Shown here: positions 61,970 through 64,000 of the stretch, piece by piece
How the letters are laid out: each line of letters begins with the position of its first letter
Position numbering within the stretch: position 1 is the stretch's first letter
Assembly: GCF_963921235.1 (NCBI RefSeq)
Contig: NC_086106.1
Location: 23,684,001 to 23,748,000, forward strand
Reading direction: 5' to 3'
Length of the DNA stretch: 64,000 nt
Source: Mobula hypostoma
Lineage: Eukaryota
Notes under the pieces: generated by a model
Told to the model about the DNA's origin: nothing
Databases searched by the model: none
The model's input: the letters and a program-made list of their open reading frames with translations, nothing else
Made by a program: the position numbers and the translations under genes

Positions 61970-63470
61970 GGAGAGTTTGCGGAGACATTAATAATGATCT
62001 ATCAAGAATCGATAGATTCTGACAAGTATGGGATGACTTGATAATTGCAAATGTTACTCTGCATTTCAGAAATGGTGGGAAGCATCAAAGTGGAAACGAT
62101 AAACCAGCTACCTTCGTTGGAAAATTGTTGTAATCGATAGTTAGGGATCAGGTGACTGAGCACGTGGAGGCAAATGGTAGGGTATGCAAAAATCAGCATG
62201 ATTTCCTGAAAGCAAATCCTGCCTGCGTAGCCTACTGCTTTTTCTGGGGAAAATTATAAACAGGGTACAGAAAGGAGATGCAATGCCTGCGGTGTACTTC
62301 GATTTTCAGAAGGGTTTTGGCAAGGTTCCACATAAGAGGCTGCTTAGCAAGGTAAGAACCCATGGAACTACACGGAAGTTACTGGCATGGGTGTAGCATT
62401 TGTTGATCGGCATAAAACAGGCAGTGGAATTACTGGGATTTTCTGGCTGGTTGCCGGTTAGCAGTAGAATTCCACAAGGGTCGGTGTTGGGAAACCCTGC
62501 TTTCTACGATGTATGTCAATGACCTGGAGAATGGGATTAATGGACTTGTGCCGAAGTTTGCCGATGATACAAGGATAGGTGGAGGAGCGCATAATATGAA
62601 ACAGAGTCTGCAGAGAGACTGAAGTGGTTAGGGTATTAGGCAAAGAAGTGGCAAATGAAATACCATGTTGGAAAGTTTGGTCGAAGTAAAAAACGGACAG
62701 ACTATAATTTAGATGGAGAGAGAATTCAAAACGCAGAGAGACAAAGGGACTTGGTGGTTCTTGTGCAGCGACCCTAAAGGTTAACCTCCAGTTTGAGTCG
62801 GTAGTGAAGAAGGCGAATCCAATTTGGACATTCAGTTCTTGAGGTACAGATTATAAGAGCAAGGATGTGATGTTGAGGCTCTTTATGACATTCGTGAGAC
62901 GACACTTGGAGTATTGTGAGCAGTTTTAAGCTCCTCCTTATTTTAGAGAGGATATACACCTGACATTGGAGCGGGTTCAGAGAAGATACACGGGAATAAT
63001 TACAGGATTGAAAGGGTTACCATAAGAGGATCGTCTGGCAGCTCTTGGGCTGTATTCCCTGGAATTCAAGAGAATGAGAAGGGATTCTGTCGAAACATTC
63101 CGATTGTTGAAAGGCCTGAACAGATTAGATATGGCAAACTTATTCCCCATGGTAGGGGAGTCTTGGACAAGAGGCCAGGATTGAAGGAGGTCCATTTAGA
63201 AGAGAGATGCGGAGAAATTACTTTAGTCTGAGGCTGAAAAATCTGTGGATTTTTTTTTCCCACGAGCGGATCTGGAGACTAAGTCATTGAGTGCATTTAA
63301 ACCAGAAATAGAGAGGTTCCTGATTAATCAGGGCATTTCAAAGTTATGGGGAAAAAGCAGGCGAGTTGGGATGACTGGAAGAATTGGATCAGCCAAGACT
63401 GAGTGACGTAGTAGACACTATGGGCTGAATGACCTGCTTCTGCTCCTATATCTTACGGTCTTATAGTCTT
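61970..63470 (+). mobile_element. Decayed CR1 ORF2 (RT) to 3' end
   Basis: gtgtacttcgattttcagaagggttttggcaaggttcc (VY.DFQK.F.KVP), ccacaagggtcggtgttggg (PQGSVLG) and aagtttgccgatgatacaagg (KFADDT). The 3' end is tctgctcctatatcttacggtcttat. Confidence 0.85.
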
Positions 63471-64000
63471 ATCCTTATTTAATGTTAGACATAATTTTGT
63501 TCGCGAATCCTGTATGTCAATTAAGGAAAAATAGGACAACATTGCGGAGGGCCGAAGGATGGGCCTGGACATATATAGATCATTTTTTTCACCCTTGACT
63601 CAAAACAATAGTGTATAGGCTTAAGTTGGGAGAATGCATGCTAACCGGAGAAATAAATGATAAGTGTTGTTATAAAACACAGGATGTGGGTTTATATCTC
63701 TAACTTGCAGGCAAAGACGCTCATGTAAACTCGTTGACTTATTGTCTTTCAGGTGCATAAATTGACAAAGGGAAGTGGGTGTATCCACAACACTGAAAGA
63801 TGAGGTTGGGCGAGATGGTGTTCGGCGAAAATTCAGTTTTCTTTACCGAAATACCTATTGAGTCAATGCCAAGTGACGCTTTATCGTTATCCTGCTTGAA
63901 TATGTCCTGTATGTCTCCTTAAACTACTCGTAATTTTGCGGTACCTCAATTCGGGAAAGCACAATCTGTTTTTCGACTGTAATGGATGGGAACGTACCAA

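Noticed and set aside
1-64000. Apparent antisense bias of LINE fragments relative to the V genes (~14 minus versus ~7 plus by my count)
   Set aside because: The sample is too small to be significant, and fragments may not be independent.
1-64000. CRISPR arrays, rRNA/tRNA genes, D/J/C segments, RAG-like transposon ends
   Set aside because: None recognised. The tandem repeats present are microsatellites or LTR minisatellites. The by-eye scan was not exhaustive for short J segments.

Overview
Vertebrate genomic DNA with two small N-gaps. The repeat complement (CR1, Penelope, Rex/Babar, RTE, Gypsy LTRs) and the V-gene style point to a cartilaginous fish, probably a ray; this is inference. The window lies inside a T-cell receptor alpha/delta variable-gene array. 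Four clear + strand V segments have the leader-exon / intron / V-exon / 23-bp-spacer RSS layout. V1 (3536-4357) and V2 (9786-10653) are intact and sit in a ~4.3-kb tandem duplication. V3 (28534-29025) is a different family with one extra A in a homopolymer. V4 (55938-56860) is a V1-family pseudogene with several lesions. I also found an orphan leader exon at 37185 and three weak, heavily decayed V-relic candidates. I recognised no D, J or C segments. Much of the rest is retroelement-derived, including one young CR1 with an uninterrupted RT frame (38941-41194) and two solo LTRs with target-site duplications. I cannot support a wholly new biological system here. The best leads are a conserved multi-CCAAT promoter module on the V1 family, near-identical FR3+heptamer alongside strongly divergent CDR1 in V1/V2 (possible gene conversion), family-specific CACAGGG heptamers, and a consensus nonamer directly abutting the V4 heptamer. 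All alignments were done by eye, and repeat boundaries are approximate unless a TSD is given.
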